From Macrostomum lignano (taxonomy: Eukaryota), in the NCBI GenBank assembly GCA_002269645.1, contig NIVC01000004.1, positions 124,001 through 188,000 on the forward strand: a stretch of DNA of 64,000 bases. The letters are read 5' to 3'. Made by a program: the position numbers and the translations under genes. The notes beneath the pieces were generated by a model that worked only from the letters and a program-made list of their open reading frames with translations, was not told the origin of the DNA and made no database searches. Below are positions 49,926-64,000 of this stretch, one piece after another. How positions within the stretch are numbered: the first letter of the stretch is position 1; every line of letters begins with the position of its first letter.

Positions 49926-50034
49926 GACTCTTCTGGTTTATAAACCCTTCCTCGAAAGCCAAAATTTCTTGAAGTGAGCACCTGGTCACAGCGAGTCACT
50001 GAGTATCTGGTCAAAGGATTCTGTGAGTATCTGA

Positions 50035-50400
50035 TCACAGGACTTCAGTGAGCACCGGGTCACAGGACTTCAGCGAGCACCGGGTCACAGGACTTCAGTG
50101 AGCACCGGGTCACAGGACTTCAGTGAGCACCGGGTCACAGGACTTCAGTGAGCACCGGGTCACAGGACTTCAGTAAGTCCCTGGTCACAGGACTTCAGTG
50201 AGCACCGGGTCACAGGACTTCAGTGAGCACCGGGTCACAGGACTTCAGTAAGTCCCTGGTCACAGGACTTCAGTGAGCACCGGGTCACAGGACTTCAGTG
50301 AGCACCGGGTCACAGGACTTCAGTGAGCACTGGGTCACAGGACTTCAGTGAGCACCGGGTCACAGGACTTCAGTGAGCACCGGGTCACAGGACTTCAGTT
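50035..50400. repeat. 25-bp minisatellite (GAGCACCGGGTCACAGGACTTCAGT)
   Basis: Direct tandem repetition. Confidence 0.95.
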
Positions 50401-50909
50401 TGCTAGAATTGCAAGTACCCGGTAAGATGGAATAAAGGTGCAAGGAGCAACAAAAGTTCATCTGTGAGCTCTGCAGAAAATGTAATTGAGTATGATAATA
50501 CAGAGGAAATTCGTTCAGAGCTGAGCTGGGCTAAATATTGTCTGCGACAAAATTTATTGAAAACAGGCGACATGGGGAGCAGGGGGTTTCAGAACAACTT
50601 TAATCGATAGCTTTTTCAGGTGTTGCAGATTGCAAAATTTAAGTACTTCAGCAGCTTCAACTTTCACGTCAGTTTTTTTGTGTTAGTTGTCCATTCCGAA
50701 AAAAATTGTATGTACAAATTTGAAGAATGAGCTGAAGAGAAGAGCTGAGGATGGGTGCGTGGCGGCTTGCGATTCTTATTGTGGGAAATTTCGCTACCGA
50801 CTTGGGAATATTGCGCACCTCAAATCCCTTTTAAATTGGGAGTTTTCATCAACGATGCAGCAGTGCGAGGAAGGGAAGTGCAGACAGCTTTCAGCGGGTG
50901 TCTTGAGAT

Positions 50910-51305
50910 TCGAGTTCAGAGTTCAGAGTTCAGATCTCAGAGTTCAGAGCTCAGAGTCCAGAGTTCAGAGTTCAGAGTTCAGAGTTCAGAGCTCAGAGCT
51001 CAGAGCTCAGAGTTCAGAGTTCAGAGTTCAGAGCTCAGAGTTCAGAGCTCAGAGTTCAGAGTTCAGATCTCAGAGTTCAGAGTTCAGAGTTCAGAGTTCA
51101 GAGTTCAGAGTTCAGAGTTCAGAGTTCAGAGTTCAGATCTCAGAGTTCAGAGCTCAGAGTTCAGAGCTCAGAGCTCAGAGTTCAGATCTCAGAGTTCAGA
51201 GTTCAGAGTTCAGAGTTCAGAGTTCAGAGTTCAGAGTTCAGAGTTCAGAGCTCAGAGTTCAGAGTTCAGATCTCAGAGTTCAGATCTCAGAGTTCAGAGT
51301 TCAGA
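50910..51305. repeat. 7-bp repeat (AGTTCAG)n downstream of netrin stop
   Basis: Direct tandem repetition with AGCTCAG/AGATCTC variants. Confidence 0.95.
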
Positions 51306-51525
51306 TCTTGCATACGAAGAGGCAGAAACGAGGTGAAGGGGATCAGGGAACTTATGCAAAGTCAGTTTAGTGCAATGAGACCAGCAGCGGAACTGGCGGC
51401 GAATCCGAACGAGGCGGTGACCCGACGGCTTCTTCCATACAGGTTTTCCAAGCCGGATCCCGGATCCCTGATCTCAGATCCCAAATTTAGGATCCCAGAT
51501 CGCGGATCCCAAGGACCCCAAATCT

Positions 51526-60906
<9,381 letters not shown>

Positions 60907-61444
60907 GACGATTCGGGCTGTCTGCTTCTGCCTCCTACTGTCTCTGCTTCTAGGGGAGAGTGTCTTCTAATAGTAATTGATGCGCCAGAAGACCCGGGAG
61001 ACCGCACTGGACAACTCTCCGCTCTCTTTTCTCGCCTCTTCCGCCGTTTCTTTTTGGCGCCTTTTAATTAAAGAGAGAGAGAGAGGGGGCGCCGCCGCCT
61101 CTGCCCGGCGCAACCCATTGGCCCGGGCGCAGGCTGGGGACAGGGGGCTTCTTTGCTTATTTCTTCTGCCAGAAGCGAAGCGCGGCAAGATTGATGGTCC
61201 CCTGCGGACCGCCGACTGCTGGAGGCGAAGTGCCCGAGTCCGGGGTTGCCGGGGGAATCGGGGACTGCGGTCGGGGACTGATTGCGATAAAGTGGGATGA
61301 AGTGGGAAGTTCTCTTATTGAGCTGATTGGAGAGTTTTTACTGCAAGCATTCGACTGTCAGAGGTTCTGGCAGGTCTCATTAAATTCAGTCCGTATCGCA
61401 TTTTCTTACGGAATAAGAATTGCTCTCCTGTCAATAAGAGCCAC

Positions 61445-61922
61445 TGAGAAGAGGGAGAGGGAGAGAGGGAGGGGAGGAGAGAGGTGACAGGGAGAGAGGG
61501 AATGAGAGAGGGAGGTGACAGGGAGAGAGGAGGGAGAGAGAGAAGTGACAGGGAGAGAGGGGAGGAGAGAGGCAGAGGGAGGGAGGGAAGGGGAGAGAGG
61601 GGAGAGAGGAGAAGGGGAGAGGGGAGAGGGGAGAGGGAGAGAAGAGAGGAGAGAGAGGGGAGAGGTTAGAGAATAGGGAAGAGTTGATAGGAGAGAGGGT
61701 AAAGGCTAGAGGAGAAAGAGGAGAGAGTAGAGGAGAGATGATAGAGGGGACAGGGCTAGAGGGTAGAGAGGGGAGAGGAAATAAGGAGAGAGGGAAGAGG
61801 GGAGAGACGGGGAGAGGAGATAGGGAGAGGGGGAAGATGGGGGAGGAAGAGCGGGGATATGGAAGAGAGGATAGGAGAGAGGGAGAAGGTAGAGAGGGGA
61901 CAGGGAGAGGGGAGAGGGGAGA
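61445..61922. repeat. GA-rich polypurine tract upstream of netrin
   Basis: Almost exclusively G/A on plus strand. Confidence 0.92.
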
Positions 61923-62137
61923 GTGAAAGTTGGAAATAAGTTGGTAAGGACGACGACTCGAACCACCCGCGTCTGCTTAAGACTGATCTTGTCCTCATCG
62001 GGGTAAAGCAGCTTTATAAGCATACTATTTGTAATAGACTAATAATACTTAACTTGAATGGCGAGGTGCACGAACCCACCCCCGATGTATAAAAGTTATC
62101 CGGGCATTTGCTCCGAAACATGCATAAAAACTTGTGT

Positions 62138-62350
62138 GCTTGTCCTGATAAGTGTCAGAGTCTGCGCGCCTGTCCTGATAAGTGTCAGAGTCTGCGCGCC
62201 TGTCCTGATAAGTGTCAGAGTCTGCGCGCCTGTCCTGATAAGTGTCAGAGTCTGCGCGCCTGTCCTGATAAGTGTCAGAGTCTGCGCGCCTGTCCTGATA
62301 AGTGTCAGAGTCTGCGCGCCTGTCCTGATAAGTGTCAGAGTCTGCGCGCC
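62138..62350. repeat. 30-bp minisatellite (TGTCCTGATAAGTGTCAGAGTCTGCGCGCC)
   Basis: About 7 copies. Confidence 0.96.
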
Positions 62351-63099
62351 TTTATCCGCAGCTTAGTTTTACTCTTGCAATTCATTTCTAATTGCGTGTT
62401 AAAAAGGAACCTGAGAAATTTGCATAAACTGAAGCCACAAAGAAGGGATACATGTAGACACAATAAAGCGAATTAAGACAGGTTCGGGATTCCTGTATAA
62501 GTAAGTATTTTGCAATAAAAATTTTTCAATAGCTGATGTGAGAAAAAATGTAAAACTTTTATTTGAGATAATAGCTCATTGTTGCGCATGACTTGCATAA
62601 TCTTAAGCAATATTAGGCATTAAAATATTCATGTCATGATAGGCACTGTTGCTTTGAAAACTCTTCTAACCGTAAAATGAGTGAAGTTGTGAAGGCACTA
62701 AAAGATCCTTTCACAGTTGTCGATCAGGCGATCAGTTTTCTAAACTTGTTTTTGAAGGCAGCAGCAAGATGCAGAAAAATAAAGAGGGGCATAGTGTGTT
62801 GCAAAACAGAGGATGAAGTGAAGCATGTGGATTTCTCATGACGAGAGTTCCATTTATTCAACAGTTGCATCAATTGTTCATTGACTAGATTGACTAGAGC
62901 ATCGCTTTAGTAAAGTCATGGCGAGATAGAACTGCTCACTGAGATTCTCTGCAGGGCGAGCCGCACTCAGCAGGCTGATAACTTAATGAACTAAAATTTT
63001 TCCCAGGAAATAGGGCTAAAAATGCGCCACGAAATACGTAAAACCACAGGATTCCTCTTATAAACATTGATTACGCTCGCACCTCAGCATCAACACACT

Positions 63100-64000
63100 G
63101 GATCAGAGGATACCCCAGCATCAAGGATCAGAGGACAACCTCAGACATCAGAGGACGCCCCAGCAGCAAGGATTAGAGGACAACCACAGACATCAGAGGA
63201 CGCCCCAGCATCAAAGATCAGAGGACAACCTCAGACATCAGAGGACGCCCCAGCATCAAGGATCAGAGGACAACCTCAGACATCAGAGGACGCCCCAGCA
63301 TCAAAGATCAGAGGACAACCACATACATCAGAGGACGCCCCAGCATCAAGGATCAGAGGACAACCACAGACATCAGAGGACACCCCAGCAGCATGGATCA
63401 GAGGACAAGCTCAGACATCAGAGGACGCCCCAGAAGCAAGGATCAGAGGACAACCACAGACATCAGAGGACGCCCCAGCATCAAGGATCAGAGGACAACC
63501 ACAGACATCAGAGGACGCCCCAGCAGCAAGGATCAGAGGACAACCACAGACATCAGAGGACGCCCCAGCATCAAGGATCAGAGGACAACCACAGACATCA
63601 GAGGACGCCCCAGCATCAAGGATCAGAGGACAACCACAGACATCAGAGGACGCCCCAGCATCAAGGATCAGAGGACAACCACATACATCAGAGGACGCCC
63701 CAGCATCAAGGATCAGAGGACAACCACAGACATCAGAGGACGCCCCAGCATCAAGGATCAGAGGACAACCACAGACATCAGAGGACGCCCCAGAAGCAAG
63801 GATCAGAGGACAACCACATACATCAGAGGACGCCCCAGCATCAAGGATCAGAGGACAACCACAGACATCAGAGGACACCCCAGCAGCATGGATCAGAGGA
63901 CAACCTCAGACATCAGAGGACGCCCCAGAAGCAAGGATCAGAGGACAACCACAGACATCAGAGGACGCCCCAGCATCAAGGATCAGAGGACAACCACAGA
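63100..64000. repeat. 45-bp minisatellite with internal ATCAGAGGAC duplication, runs off window
   Basis: CATCAGAGGACGCCCCAGCATCAAGGATCAGAGGACAACCACAGA units. Confidence 0.96.

Overview
Eukaryotic (metazoan) genomic DNA with GC-rich exons and nearly every intron occupied by its own minisatellite. The style resembles a free-living flatworm such as Macrostomum (inference only). Most long ORFs in the supplied track are repeat artefacts. Spliced genes reconstructed by hand: an F-BAR/RhoGAP of the ARHGAP29/ARHGAP45/GMIP family (-), SGTA (+), sphingosine kinase (+), an orphan PHF12-like PHD-FHA exon (-), CHMP5 (-), three paralogous secreted proteins (one with an in-frame stop) and netrin (-). Mobile DNA: a long-inverted-repeat element holding a Tc1/IS630-like HTH remnant, a decayed Crypton recombinase, a LINE RT fragment and a tRNA-like SINE. 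Most unusual observations: (1) tandem arrays built from duplicated exon-intron junctions (9 donors in netrin, 15 in SPHK); (2) mutually complementary minisatellites flanking the frame-symmetric netrin exon 6; (3) a start-less PHF12 exon that is phase-compatible with CHMP5; (4) a mosaic secreted-protein cluster; (5) a TAGGCCTA palindrome enriched in two AT-rich blocks containing first coding exons. All splice models are manual and unverified by transcripts.
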